Source: Patescibacteria group bacterium
Lineage (GTDB): Bacteria; Patescibacteriota; Patescibacteriia; SG8-24
Assembly: GCA_041667185.1 (NCBI GenBank)
Contig: JBAYFM010000001.1
Location: 32,052-96,051, forward strand
Reading direction: 5' to 3'
DNA length: 64,000 nt
Part shown: positions 1 to 9,211 of the stretch, piece after piece
Layout: every line of letters starts with the position of its first letter
Numbering within the stretch: position 1 is the stretch's first letter
Notes under the pieces: generated by a model
The model's input: only the letters and a program-made list of their open reading frames with translations
What the model was told of the DNA's origin: nothing
Database searches by the model: none
Made by a program: the position numbers and the translations under genes

Positions 1-164
1 ACCCGGTCGGTTGGAGGTGGTCAAGCAACGCAAGAGGCGTCTGTGGATAGCTGAGTCAGGAGTCAGGCTTGCGGCGGCCGGTGATTTTGACAAAATAGCC
101 CTAAAGTGTTATGGTGATGACACTTTTATTGTCTAGCCCCAGGAGCGGGGATGAGCTCACATCT

Positions 165-908
165 ATGAAAGAACAACTGGAAAAGGACCTGCAACAGATC
201 GGTCTGTCGGAAAAAGAGGCCAAGGTCTACCTGGCGTCTTTGGAGCTCGGTCCGTCGACCGCGCAGACCATCGCCGCCAAGGCCACAGTCAACCGCCCGA
301 CCACTTACGTGATGATCGAGTCGCTCATCAAACGCGGCCTCATGAGCTCGTTCCAGAAAGGGAAGAAGAGGTTTTTTTCTGCTTCTAGTCCTCGACAAAT
401 GGGATATATTATTCAGCAAGAAAAAAATGAGCTCAAAAGAAAGGAACAAATAATTGAGGATATTTCAAAACAATTGAGCAGTGTAATCGATCCGAAGTCA
501 TCAATGCCCACCGTGCAAGTTTTTGAGGGTATTGCCGGTATTCAAGCGGCACAGAGCGATATTTTACAAACAGCTGCCAATGAATTGTTTGAATTGACGT
601 CCATGGATGAGTCTAGACAAATTTTGCCTCTTATTTACGAGAACGATATACGTCGAAAGATATTAGATAAATATAAAATAAAATCTTTATATTCGAGCAA
701 GTTGGGCTCGACCGAGGTAAAACATAAAAATGTCGATTCGAGAATGTTAAGCGATAAGCAAAAAGTCGCGTGTGACGTAATTATCTACGGAACCAAAGTT
801 TTATTGATATCTTACGATGGAAGCGCAAGCTGCGTATTATTGAATGGCCAGAAAATTGCCACAACTTTTAAAACGTTATTTTTGTCACTTTGGGAAAACG
901 CAAAATAA
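165..908 (+). CDS. TrmB-family transcriptional regulator, tandem paralog 1
   Basis: N-terminal winged-HTH of TrmB type (LSEKEAKVYLASLELGPSTAQTIAAKATVNRPTTYVMIESL). ATG at 165 is in frame within track ORF 111..908. The 5' third of the gene is GC-rich and the remainder AT-rich. Confidence 0.6.
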   Translation: MKEQLEKDLQQIGLSEKEAKVYLASLELGPSTAQTIAAKATVNRPTTYVMIESLIKRGLMSSFQKGKKRFFSASSPRQMGYIIQQEKNELKRKEQIIEDISKQLSSVIDPKSSMPTVQVFEGIAGIQAAQSDILQTAANELFELTSMDESRQILPLIYENDIRRKILDKYKIKSLYSSKLGSTEVKHKNVDSRMLSDKQKVACDVIIYGTKVLLISYDGSASCVLLNGQKIATTFKTLFLSLWENAK

Positions 909-909
909 T

Positions 910-1671
910 ATGTCTGTGAAACCATACGAAGCACAATTGAGCAAGTTAGGTTTTTCCGATAAGGAGGCTCGGGTGTATTTAGCTAGTTTGGAGTTGGGAC
1001 CCTCGCCAGTTCAGGCTATAGCACAAAAGGCCGGAGTAAAAAGAGCAACAACGTATGTAATGATTGAGGCGCTACGTGATCGCGGATTAGTTTCAACTTT
1101 TGAAAAGGGGAAGAAGACAATGTTTGTAGCAGAATCACCAGAAAGGTTGATGCACATTCTCGATCAGGAGGGAGAAACGATTATAAATAAAAAACGGCTT
1201 CTAGAAGATTTAATGCCGGATTTGGTTGCATTTCTTCGTGCCGCGGGTGATAGGCCCAACATATTATTTTATGAAGGCATCGAAGGGCTTAAGGCGATTC
1301 ATGAAGACATCCTAAGGACTAACGATAAGACTTTAGAAAATATTGTCGCGCTCGATGATGTATTAAAGGTGGAATCATCGCCGGATGATGTCGCTGTATT
1401 TCGTAATAGTCTTCATAGTAAGGGTATCGCGATTAGAATCCTTTATTCGTCTAAGTCAAAAGAAATTGAGTTACCGTCCAGGTTCTCATCTTGGGTGGTA
1501 AAAAAGATCCCGTACGAAAAAATGCCGCTACATGGTGAGATTACACTTTATGGTGATAAGGTCGCGGCATTTTCCTATAGAGGAAAGATTTTTGGGACTA
1601 TTATCGAAAGTAAGGAAATCGCACAGACTATAAGAGTTTTGTTTGAGTTGGCATGGGCGTCCATAAAATAA
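910..1671 (+). CDS. TrmB-family transcriptional regulator, tandem paralog 2
   Basis: Same N-terminal motif (FSDKEARVYLASLELGPSPVQAIAQKAGVKRATTYVMIEAL). ATG at 910 lies 1 nt after the stop of the previous gene. The whole gene is AT-rich. Confidence 0.6.
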   Translation: MSVKPYEAQLSKLGFSDKEARVYLASLELGPSPVQAIAQKAGVKRATTYVMIEALRDRGLVSTFEKGKKTMFVAESPERLMHILDQEGETIINKKRLLEDLMPDLVAFLRAAGDRPNILFYEGIEGLKAIHEDILRTNDKTLENIVALDDVLKVESSPDDVAVFRNSLHSKGIAIRILYSSKSKEIELPSRFSSWVVKKIPYEKMPLHGEITLYGDKVAAFSYRGKIFGTIIESKEIAQTIRVLFELAWASIK

Positions 1672-1950
1672 AAAAAGCGGCTGCTTGAGTTAGCGCCACT
1701 TTTGCCGAAGAGATTCGAAGTTGGCTAGTTTTATGAGAGGTGGTAGTTAGCTACCACCGGGGCAGTGAGCCACCGGCCGTAGAAGCCAGCGTTGTCGTAT
1801 TGGAAAGAGCCACATTTTGCTACCCTCCGGTCCCCGGAGATGAAAAGGAGATACTGGTGTGGGGACCATGTTGTGAAGATCGTCGTCGACGACTTCCACA
1901 AGACGGCAATATAACATCAGTTCACCAACTTGTCAATAGTCACTGACAAT

Positions 1951-1982
1951 AAAACTCGCCCCCTCAGCAGGGGCGAGTTTGA
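1951..1982. terminator. Rho-independent terminator hairpin, bidirectional
   Basis: aaaactcgcccc-tcagca-ggggcgagttt: a perfect stem flanked by an A-run and a T-run. Confidence 0.55.
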
Positions 1983-2094
1983 TTGACCAGATGTTTTGAT
2001 CGCGATATTTTGAGTTTTTTCGAAGCTGATCCAGCTTGGGGCGTTCGCGGCCGGTTTAGGCGTTGTTTTCAAGACTCCCGCTCCGTGTTAATCT

Positions 2095-3444
2095 ATGGCC
2101 ATGAAAAGCAAGCTGAAAAAATTGGTTCCGGCCCGTTTTTTTGACGTTTACCACCTGGTCCTGGCTTATTTCGCGGCCTGGCGCCATGGCTTCCCATCGG
2201 AGAAAATGATCGTCATCGGCGTGACCGGCACGAACGGCAAATCGACCACCGCGAATCTCATCGCCCGCATCCTCGAGGAAGCGGGGGAGAAGGTCGGTCT
2301 CACGACGACCGTCAATTTCCGCATCGCCGGCCAGGACTGGCTGAACGACACCAAGATGACCATGCTCGGGCGATCGCGCCTGCAGGCGCTCCTGGCGCGG
2401 ATGGTCGCGGCCGGCTGCCGCTACGCCGTGGTCGAAACCTCTTCCGAGGGCGTCAAACAGCATCGCCACGCGGCCATCAATTATGACGCCGTCGTTTTCA
2501 CGAATCTGACGCCGGAACACCTGGAGTCGCACGGCGGCTTCGAGAATTACAAGCGAGCCAAGGGCGAACTGTTCCGCCATCTGACCGCGCGGCCGGTCAA
2601 GAGATTCGGCGGCCGCGAGATCGTTAAAACTTCCGTCGTCAATCTGAACGATCCGCACGCCGGATATTTCTTGTCTTTCGCCGCGCCGAAGAAGATCGGT
2701 TATCGCGCGGAACTGCCCGGCCGCAGCGCCGTCGCCGCCGCTGTGGATGAAACAACGGTCGCGACCGATGTCCGCGTCACCACCGAAGGTTCCGCGTTCA
2801 GCGTCGGCGGCGCCGCGTTCTTGCTGAAATTGCTCGGCGCTTTCAATGTCGAGAACGCGCTCGCGGCCATCGCGGTCACGAGCAGCCTCGGCGTGCCGCT
2901 TGCGACCGCGGCCCGGGCGCTCGCCAAGATCGAGGTCGTCCCCGGACGCATGGAATTCATCGCGGCCGGCCAGCCGTTCGCCGTGCTCGTCGATTACGCC
3001 CCGGAACCGGAATCCTTCCGCAAATTATACGAAGCGGTCGCCCTGTTCCCGAAGAAGCGCATCATCCACGTGCTGGGTTCCTGCGGCGGCGGCCGCGACC
3101 GCGATCGCCGGCCGGTGCTCGGACGCCTGGCCGCGGAGCACGCCGATATTGTGATCGTCACGAACGAGGATCCGTACGACGACGACCCGCTGGAGATCAT
3201 CCGCGAGGTCGCCGCCGGAGCGCGCGCGGCCGGCAAGCGAGAGAGGGAGAGTCTCTTCCTGGTTCCGGAGCGCCACGAGGCTTTGCGACAAGCTGTTGAT
3301 CTAGCCGCGCCCGGCGACCTGGTCATCGCGACCGGCAAGGGCGCGGAGCAAGCCATCGTCGGCGCGCACGGCGCCAGACAACCCTGGGATGAACGCGTCG
3401 AATTGCGCCGGCTCATCGCCCGCCGGCTCGCCGACGGTAAATAA
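2095..3444 (+). CDS. Mur ligase family protein (MurE/MurT-like)
   Basis: P-loop GVTGTNGKSTT, Mur ligase middle-domain architecture and a C-terminal domain. It lacks the usual N-terminal domain of MurC-F. Confidence 0.6.
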   Translation: MAMKSKLKKLVPARFFDVYHLVLAYFAAWRHGFPSEKMIVIGVTGTNGKSTTANLIARILEEAGEKVGLTTTVNFRIAGQDWLNDTKMTMLGRSRLQALLARMVAAGCRYAVVETSSEGVKQHRHAAINYDAVVFTNLTPEHLESHGGFENYKRAKGELFRHLTARPVKRFGGREIVKTSVVNLNDPHAGYFLSFAAPKKIGYRAELPGRSAVAAAVDETTVATDVRVTTEGSAFSVGGAAFLLKLLGAFNVENALAAIAVTSSLGVPLATAARALAKIEVVPGRMEFIAAGQPFAVLVDYAPEPESFRKLYEAVALFPKKRIIHVLGSCGGGRDRDRRPVLGRLAAEHADIVIVTNEDPYDDDPLEIIREVAAGARAAGKRERESLFLVPERHEALRQAVDLAAPGDLVIATGKGAEQAIVGAHGARQPWDERVELRRLIARRLADGK

Positions 3445-3452
3445 ACCTCGCT

Positions 3453-4145
3453 ATGTCGCTGCTCAAAGCCGTCAAACTGAAAGAGGGGGAGATCGTCGTG
3501 ATGATCCTGCGTCATTTTCCGCTGGTCTACGCGCCGCGGGTCCTGGCTGGCCTTTTGCTCGTGTCCGCGCCGTTCTTTTTCATGGTGCCGCTCTTCGCCA
3601 TGCGAGGCTTCGGCGTGCCGTGGGGGCTGTTCATTTTCGCCGCCTCCGTGCTGGCCGGCCTGCTCCACTCTTTGAAGACCTTTGTCGTCTGGTATTGGAA
3701 CGCTTTCATCATCACCAATCTGCGCGTCATCGACGTCGACCAGCGCGGTTTTTTCGAGCGCACCGTTTCGGAGGCGGCGTATGACAAGGTCCAGGACGTT
3801 TCGTATAAGATCAAGGGATTCTGGGGGACGCTCCTGAATTACGGCACGCTGATCATCCAGACCGCCGGCACCACTTCGAACCTGGAGTTGGAGTACGCGC
3901 GCGATCCCAAAGAGGTGCAGCACCTGCTCTCCGAGATCTTGGCCGCGCGACTGGCGGTGCCGGCTGGCGCTCGCAACGAGAAAGTCTCGGCGCTGCTTGA
4001 GGCGGCGGCGAGCCTGACGGATATCGAGGCCAAGGCCTTCCTAGTCGAACTCAAAGGAGCGGTAAACAACAAGGAGCCGAGGTCGGAGGCGGTCGATCAG
4101 GCCGACGTCGAGAAACTGATGAAGGATGATTCGGCGCAGGATTGA
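3453..4145 (+). CDS. Bacterial PH-domain (YdbT/bPH_2-like) membrane protein
   Basis: Two N-terminal TM helices followed by a bPH_2-like region (FWGTLLNYGTLIIQTAGTTSNLELEYARDPKEVQHLLSEI). Confidence 0.5.
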   Translation: MSLLKAVKLKEGEIVVMILRHFPLVYAPRVLAGLLLVSAPFFFMVPLFAMRGFGVPWGLFIFAASVLAGLLHSLKTFVVWYWNAFIITNLRVIDVDQRGFFERTVSEAAYDKVQDVSYKIKGFWGTLLNYGTLIIQTAGTTSNLELEYARDPKEVQHLLSEILAARLAVPAGARNEKVSALLEAAASLTDIEAKAFLVELKGAVNNKEPRSEAVDQADVEKLMKDDSAQD

Positions 4146-4166
4146 TCCCGCCGCACCGGTCAAAGT

Positions 4167-4574
4167 ATGGACCAGCATCAGAAGGCCAACGGCAGTTTTC
4201 TGGGCCGCCGCCGCATTCTCGCGGCCAATCTGGTCTTGTTGTTTCTGGTTGCCTGGGGATTTGCCGGCGAGCTGGCGCGTAATAACGCCATGAAGCGGGA
4301 TGTCGCCCGTCTGGAGGAACAGGCGCGGAAGCTGGAAGATGAGAACTTCGACATCGCCAAGCTGGGCCAGAAGTTCGCCGCGGCCGACGTTCTGGAGCGC
4401 GAGGCCAGGCTCAATCTTGGTTTGCAGAAGCCTGGGGAATCAGTTATCATCATCAAGGAAACTACGCCGCCGCCGCCGGCTCAGCCGCCGGAGGCAACCG
4501 GGTCCGCAGAGTCCCGGCCGCGCGAGTCGAACGCGCTGAAATGGTGGCGATATTTTTTTCATCAGAAACCATAA
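4167..4574 (+). CDS. FtsB/DivIC-like septum formation initiator
   Basis: N-terminal TM segment then a coiled coil (ARLEEQARKLEDENFDIAKL...LNLGLQKPGESVIII), typical of FtsB/DivIC. Confidence 0.5.
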   Translation: MDQHQKANGSFLGRRRILAANLVLLFLVAWGFAGELARNNAMKRDVARLEEQARKLEDENFDIAKLGQKFAAADVLEREARLNLGLQKPGESVIIIKETTPPPPAQPPEATGSAESRPRESNALKWWRYFFHQKP

Positions 4575-4577
4575 CCC

Positions 4578-5588
4578 ATGCCTATGGCCGAAGAAGAGAA
4601 ACAGGAGTCCCCGGCGATGCCGGAAAAAGTCGAAGCGCCGATCCCGTCGGCGGAACCGGTTAAAACCAGGACCGTCAAATCCGTTGCCCGGAGTTTTGCG
4701 CTGGGTCTCGGAGCCGGCGTGATCCTGCTGGCCCTGATCCTATTGGCGGTTTTCGCGATCGGTATCTACAAGTACAACTGGAGCGGTCCGGCCACCACGG
4801 CCGTGCTCAAGGCGGTTCCGTATCCGGCGGCCATGGTCAACAACAACATCATTACTTACGCTGATTTTCTGGCCGACGTGGATACATTGAAGCATTTCTA
4901 TGCCAAGCTGGCGGCTGAGAATGCCGGCGCTCCGGCCGCGCCGGCGGAACCGGAGATCCGCAAGAACGTCCTGGACCGCCTGATCCAGAATGAGATTCTC
5001 AAGGAACAGGCGCTGAAGTACGATCTCAAAGTGACGGCGGAAGAGGTCGATGCCGAGTTCGCCAAGCTTTCGAGTCAGAGTGAGGGTTCAAGCGTCGAGC
5101 AGGAGATCATGGATCTCTACGGCTGGACCGTCCCCGAGTTCAAGGAAAAGGTCCTGGTGCCGTATCTCCTGCAGCAGAAGCTGGCCGAGGTGCTGGCCAA
5201 GGATGAAGCGTTCAACAAGGAGGCCGCGGACAAGGCTGCCGAGGTGGCGGCCAAGGCCAAGGCGGGCGAGGATTTCGCCGCGCTCGCGGCCGAGTACAGC
5301 GCCGATCTGTCGAACTCCAAGACCGGCGGCGAGCTGGGCTGGTTCGCCAAGGGTCTCATGGTGCCGGAGTTCGAGGCTGCGGCTTTCGCGCTCAAGGCCG
5401 GCGAGATCAGCGACCCAGTCAAGACCTCGTTCGGTTATCACATCATCAAAGTGTCGGAAGTGAAGACGGACAAGGATGGCGCCGTGACCGAGGTGAACGC
5501 GGCTCATATCCTGATCCAGACGATGACTGTCGAGGAGTATCTGCAGAAGCTGGTCGACGCGGCCAGCGTCAAGAAGATGGTCGAGTAA
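4578..5588 (+). CDS. Parvulin-type peptidyl-prolyl isomerase (SurA/PrsA-like) with N-terminal TM anchor
   Basis: PpiC domain ([48 protein letters not shown]), a chaperone-like SurA_N region and a TM helix. Confidence 0.65.
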   Translation: MPMAEEEKQESPAMPEKVEAPIPSAEPVKTRTVKSVARSFALGLGAGVILLALILLAVFAIGIYKYNWSGPATTAVLKAVPYPAAMVNNNIITYADFLADVDTLKHFYAKLAAENAGAPAAPAEPEIRKNVLDRLIQNEILKEQALKYDLKVTAEEVDAEFAKLSSQSEGSSVEQEIMDLYGWTVPEFKEKVLVPYLLQQKLAEVLAKDEAFNKEAADKAAEVAAKAKAGEDFAALAAEYSADLSNSKTGGELGWFAKGLMVPEFEAAAFALKAGEISDPVKTSFGYHIIKVSEVKTDKDGAVTEVNAAHILIQTMTVEEYLQKLVDAASVKKMVE

Positions 5589-5595
5589 GAATATA

Positions 5596-5628
5596 TAAAA
5601 AGCGCCCGGCATCAGCCGGGCGCTTTTG
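5596..5628. terminator. Rho-independent terminator, bidirectional
   Basis: aaaaagcgcccggc-atca-gccgggcgcttttgg. Confidence 0.6.
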
Positions 5629-5727
5629 GTATCTTGGAAAGCGGCAGTCCAGGCTCCGGCGTCCGCGGGGCGGCAATAAAAAGACCGCGGAGAAGATCAT
5701 CCGCGGTCCGAGCCGGTCGTCTGTTTT

Positions 5728-6309
5728 TCATTCTTTTCTGCCGTGGAGGTGAACCTGGTCGTGCGTCCATTCGTTCTTCAGGGCCTCGGTCAGCAGCGCC
5801 TCGGTCTCCGGGTCCAGTTGGCCCTTGAGTGCCTTGAGCAAAGCGTAGCCCTGACAGGACAGCCCGAGCCGCTTCTCCATGGACCGGTAGTACTTATACG
5901 CCAGCCACAGGAACGGCGACAGCGGCACTAAGAATGGCAGTGAGAAAAAGGCGACGCCGATCTCGCCGGAACCCCCGGGTCCATTGTCGAGAAGCCACGC
6001 GCTGGAGTAGGTATGATCGATCCGGCGCGTCTCATAATTGATAGCGATCGTACATGGCTCTAGAGCCTCCTGCTCGTCGTACTTGTAGTGCAGATCCATG
6101 TTGATGCATCTCAATGGCGGATATAGGTGACCCTTCGATGGATCACAGGTTGCGACTGGAGGCCAATCCAGTTCGTGGCGTTCGCGTTCCCGGCGCGTTT
6201 CAAAGTCGTGGTCGACCGTCAGTTTCAGCCGGTGCGGCGGGCGAACCCAGAAATTGATGCCTGAGAGGACGATAGACGGTATCAGAGCCAGTTTTTCGGT
6301 GAACTTCAC
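5728..6309 (-). CDS. Hypothetical protein, N-terminal hydrophobic segment
   Basis: ORF 5728..6483(-). The likely start is GTG at 6309, preceded by AGGAGG at 6 nt spacing (rc of ttcttcctcctgg). No recognisable domain. Upstream sequence runs into the repeat array. Confidence 0.4.
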   Translation of the reverse strand: MKFTEKLALIPSIVLSGINFWVRPPHRLKLTVDHDFETRRERERHELDWPPVATCDPSKGHLYPPLRCINMDLHYKYDEQEALEPCTIAINYETRRIDHTYSSAWLLDNGPGGSGEIGVAFFSLPFLVPLSPFLWLAYKYYRSMEKRLGLSCQGYALLKALKGQLDPETEALLTEALKNEWTHDQVHLHGRKE

Positions 6310-6418
6310 GTTCTTCCTCCTGGTTGCGATCGAGCTTGTCGGCCCAATCTGCAGAGAAGATGTCAACGAACTGCTGATAATCTGGCAGTATTCCGATGAG
6401 AAGTCAACGGGCCGATAT

Positions 6419-7140
6419 TCAAAAGCGCCGAGCTTACGCCCGGCGCTTTCATTTGTGGAGCCACCTCGGGGAATCCGGCTCACCCGGCGGCGCTGGAAAA
6501 GTTCTCATGTGCGCCGCCTCCTTCGCCGCCCGCCGCATCTCGCCGTGCCATACTAGGCACGGCTCGCTGTCGGCTTCGATTCCCCGACCTATCTCTATAC
6601 GTAAAAAGCGCCTGGGATGAACCCAGCCGCTTTTTATGATGGAGCCACCTCGGGGAATCCTCCTCCCCCGCAGCTCGTCACTTGGGGCCCCTACCCCAAG
6701 TACTCACTGCTCCTCCGGAGCCCGGGTCGTCTCGGCTTGCCATACTAGGCAAGCCTCGCCGTACCCTTCGATTCCCCGACCTATCTCTATACGTAAAAAG
6801 CGCCTGGGATGAACCCAGCCGCTTTTTACGATGGAGCCACCTCGGGGAATCCTCCTCCCCCATAGCCCGTTACTTGGGGCCCCTGCCCCAAGTACTCACT
6901 GCTCCTCCGGAGCCCGGGTCGTCTCGGCTTGCCATACTAGGCAAGCCTCACCGTACCCTTCGATTCCCCTTCGGTGGCTTCTATATTTCAAAAGCGCCGA
7001 GCTTGCGCCCGGCGCTTTCATTTGTGGAGCCACCTCGGGGAATCGAACCCCGGACCTCTGCTTTACGAAAGCATTGCCCTACGGCGTGTCGGCCATGCTT
7101 GGCCGACATTTGGATAGGCGGCTAAGGCCGCCACCTCTAG
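6419..7140. repeat. Tandem array of ~184-193-bp units carrying copies of the tRNA-Thr 3' end plus terminator-like hairpins
   Basis: tggagccacctcggggaatc recurs at 6456, 6640, 6832 and 7025; the 7025 copy matches tRNA-Thr over 53 nt. Two hairpin types alternate: aaaagcgccgagctt(a/g)cgcccggcgcttt at 6419 and 6990, and aaaaagcgcctgggatgaacccagccgcttttt at 6603 and 6795. Units beginning cgattccccgac at 6577, 6769 and 6961 have an exact 192-bp period. Confidence 0.75.
7025..7140 (-). pseudogene. tRNA-Thr-like degenerate copy (3' 53 nt identical to tRNA-Thr, 5' half rearranged with an inserted hairpin)
   Basis: Identical to the genuine tRNA-Thr from the CCA end through the anticodon stem. It then diverges: a 5' strand that could still pair with the acceptor (rc gccgcct) and a gtcggccatgcttggccgac hairpin replacing the D-arm. 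Confidence 0.35.
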
Positions 7141-7253
7141 CCGCAAGCCGCAGTATCGGACGAACTTAGCGCCTTTGCGCGAAGTTCTGTCCGGCGGCTT
7201 ACCAGCTGAGCATGAGGCAAACGAAAAACGGCCGCTTGCGCGGTCGTCTTTCG

Positions 7254-7329
7254 TGGAGCCACCTCGGGGAATCGAACCCCGGACCTCTGCTTTACGAAAG
7301 CATTGCTCTACCAGCTGAGCTAAGGTGGC
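7254..7329 (-). tRNA. tRNA-Thr (anticodon CGT), CCA encoded
   Basis: rc folds as a canonical cloverleaf: GCCACCT / TA / GCTC-AGCTGGTA-GAGC / A / ATGCT-TTCGTAA-AGCAG / AGGTC / CGGGG-TTCGATT-CCCCG / AGGTGGC / T / CCA. Anticodon CGU. Confidence 0.9.
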
Positions 7330-7400
7330 GTCTGTGTGATGGGACCAGCTAAGCTGGTCTCACCTCGCTTTTTTCGCTTTTTAAACCGAGCTGAGCTCGG

Positions 7401-7474
7401 TGGAGCGGGTAACGGGAATCGAACCCGTGTCTCAACCTTGGGAAGGTCGCATACTACCATTGTACTATACCCGC
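7401..7474 (-). tRNA. tRNA-Gly (anticodon CCC), CCA encoded
   Basis: rc: GCGGGTA / TA / GTAC-AATGGTA-GTAT / G / CGACC-TTCCCAA-GGTTG / AGAC / ACGGG-TTCGATT-CCCGT / TACCCGC / T / CCA. Confidence 0.9.
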
Positions 7475-7613
7475 CCGGATAGCTGCAGGCGCGATTTGTC
7501 CCCAGCTGAGCCTGATCCCGCCTCATCCGGCACGCTTGGTCAAAGACGCGAATTATTATATACTTGTCCTATATCTTTGCAAGAACGCCGCCCCGGCAGC
7601 GGCCCAGAGGACC

Positions 7614-8294
7614 ATGATCCGACTTAAGAGCGTCACCAAATTTTATCCTCACGAAGTCGTGGGGCTCAAGAGCGTCAACCTGCATATCCGGCCGGGCGAG
7701 TTCGTGTCCGTGGTCGGCCAGAGCGGTAGCGGCAAGACGACGCTCGCCAAACTGCTCATCGCCGAAGAACGCCCGACCAAGGGCCAGATCATCATCGGCG
7801 GCTGGGATATTTCCGCTATCAGATCTTCGGAGATCCCGCTCCTGCGCCGGCAGATCGGCGTGGTCTTTCAGGATTTCAAACTGCTGCCCAAGAAGACCGT
7901 CTATGAGAACGTCGCGTTCGCTCTCGAGGTCTGCGGTGCGAGTTCCAAAAAGATCGCGAGCATCGTGCCGCAGGCGCTGAAGATCGTCGGGCTCTTGGGC
8001 AAGGGCGACCGCTATCCGTTCCAGATCTCCGGCGGCGAACAGCAGCGCGTGGTCATCGCCCGCGCCCTTGTCCACCGGCCGAAGATCATCGTCGCCGACG
8101 AGCCGACCGGCAATCTCGATTCCATCAACACCCGCGAGATCATCGATCTCCTGAAGAAGATCAACGAGTTCGGCACGACGGTGGTCCTCGTCACCCATAA
8201 TCGCGAGGTCGTGAACGAACTCCAGCGGCGCGTCATCACCATCGACAAGGGCCTGGTCGTTTCCGATCAGGAGGAGGGGAAATACGTCCTATGA
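7614..8294 (+). CDS. ftsE: Cell division ATP-binding protein FtsE
   Basis: ABC ATPase with Walker [10 protein letters not shown], signature ISGGEQQRV and Walker [13 protein letters not shown]. About 227 aa. A GAGGA motif precedes ATG 7614. ftsX follows directly. Confidence 0.9.
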   Translation: MIRLKSVTKFYPHEVVGLKSVNLHIRPGEFVSVVGQSGSGKTTLAKLLIAEERPTKGQIIIGGWDISAIRSSEIPLLRRQIGVVFQDFKLLPKKTVYENVAFALEVCGASSKKIASIVPQALKIVGLLGKGDRYPFQISGGEQQRVVIARALVHRPKIIVADEPTGNLDSINTREIIDLLKKINEFGTTVVLVTHNREVVNELQRRVITIDKGLVVSDQEEGKYVL

Positions 8295-9208
8295 GCTTCG
8301 TCTCCCTCGGCCGCGTCATCAGATTCGGCGCGCAGAATTTCACCCGCAATGTCTGGCTCGCGGCCGCGACCGTGAGCGTTCTGGCGCTCACGCTCGTGTC
8401 CATCAACTGCCTGGTCGTCGTCAATCTGCTCGGCAAGGTCGCGATCGACCTGGTCAAGTCCAAGATCGACGTCGCGGTCCATTTCAAGCCGGAGATCGAG
8501 GAGGAGCGGGTACACACCGTCCGCGTGTCGCTCCTGTCGCTGCCGGAGGTCAAGGAAGTGGAGTATGTTTCGCCGGCCCAGTCGCTGGAACGGTTCTCGC
8601 AGCTGTACAAGAAGGACGAGCTGATCCAGAAGTCGCTCGGCGAGATCGGCGACAATCCGTTCGGTTCGACCCTGATCGTCAAGGCCAAGGCGCTCGACGG
8701 TTATCCTAAGATCATCAAAGCGCTCGACGAACCGATCTTCTCGACCCTGATCGAGGAAAAAGATTTCGACGACCGCGAAATCATGATCAGTCGTGTCGAG
8801 CAGGTCGCGCGGCGCGTCGAGACCTTCGGCTTCGGCGCCAGCCTGTTCTTCGGCCTCATCACCCTGCTCATCATCTTCAACACCATCCGTGTCTCGATCT
8901 ACACCCATCGCGAAGAGATCCGCATCATGCGCCTGGTCGGAGCCGCTGACAGCTTCATTCGCGGACCGTTCTACGTCGAGGCGATCTTGTGGAGCACGCT
9001 CGCCATGCTGGCGGCGGCCGCCCTGATCTATCCGCTGCTCAGCCTGCTGCAGCCGTTCGTGCAATCATTCTTCGGCACGACCTCCGTGGATCTGCTGGGT
9101 TTCTACCGGGTTAATTATCTGCGTATTTTCGGTTCGCAGTATCTGGCCGTGGTCGTCATGGCGCTCGTCACGACCAAGCTGGCGACCGGACGGTATCTGC
9201 GCGCCTGA
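8291..9208 (+). CDS. ftsX: Cell division permease FtsX
   Basis: Four-TM FtsX topology with a large extracellular loop. Overlaps the ftsE stop (ATGA). Confidence 0.85.
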   Translation: MSFVSLGRVIRFGAQNFTRNVWLAAATVSVLALTLVSINCLVVVNLLGKVAIDLVKSKIDVAVHFKPEIEEERVHTVRVSLLSLPEVKEVEYVSPAQSLERFSQLYKKDELIQKSLGEIGDNPFGSTLIVKAKALDGYPKIIKALDEPIFSTLIEEKDFDDREIMISRVEQVARRVETFGFGASLFFGLITLLIIFNTIRVSIYTHREEIRIMRLVGAADSFIRGPFYVEAILWSTLAMLAAAALIYPLLSLLQPFVQSFFGTTSVDLLGFYRVNYLRIFGSQYLAVVVMALVTTKLATGRYLRA

Positions 9209-9211
9209 CCT

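Noticed and set aside
6682-7169. ORFs 6682..7125+ and 6831..7169+ with internally repeated peptide sequence
   Set aside because: The repetition simply mirrors the 192-bp DNA tandem repeat. There is no RBS, and the ORFs cross tRNA-fragment copies. They are not called coding.
6419-7250. Possible CRISPR array, because of regular ~190-bp periodicity with hairpins
   Set aside because: Units are about 190 bp and are highly similar over their whole length, with no short repeat plus unique spacer organisation. No cas genes are present. It is a tandem duplication, not CRISPR.
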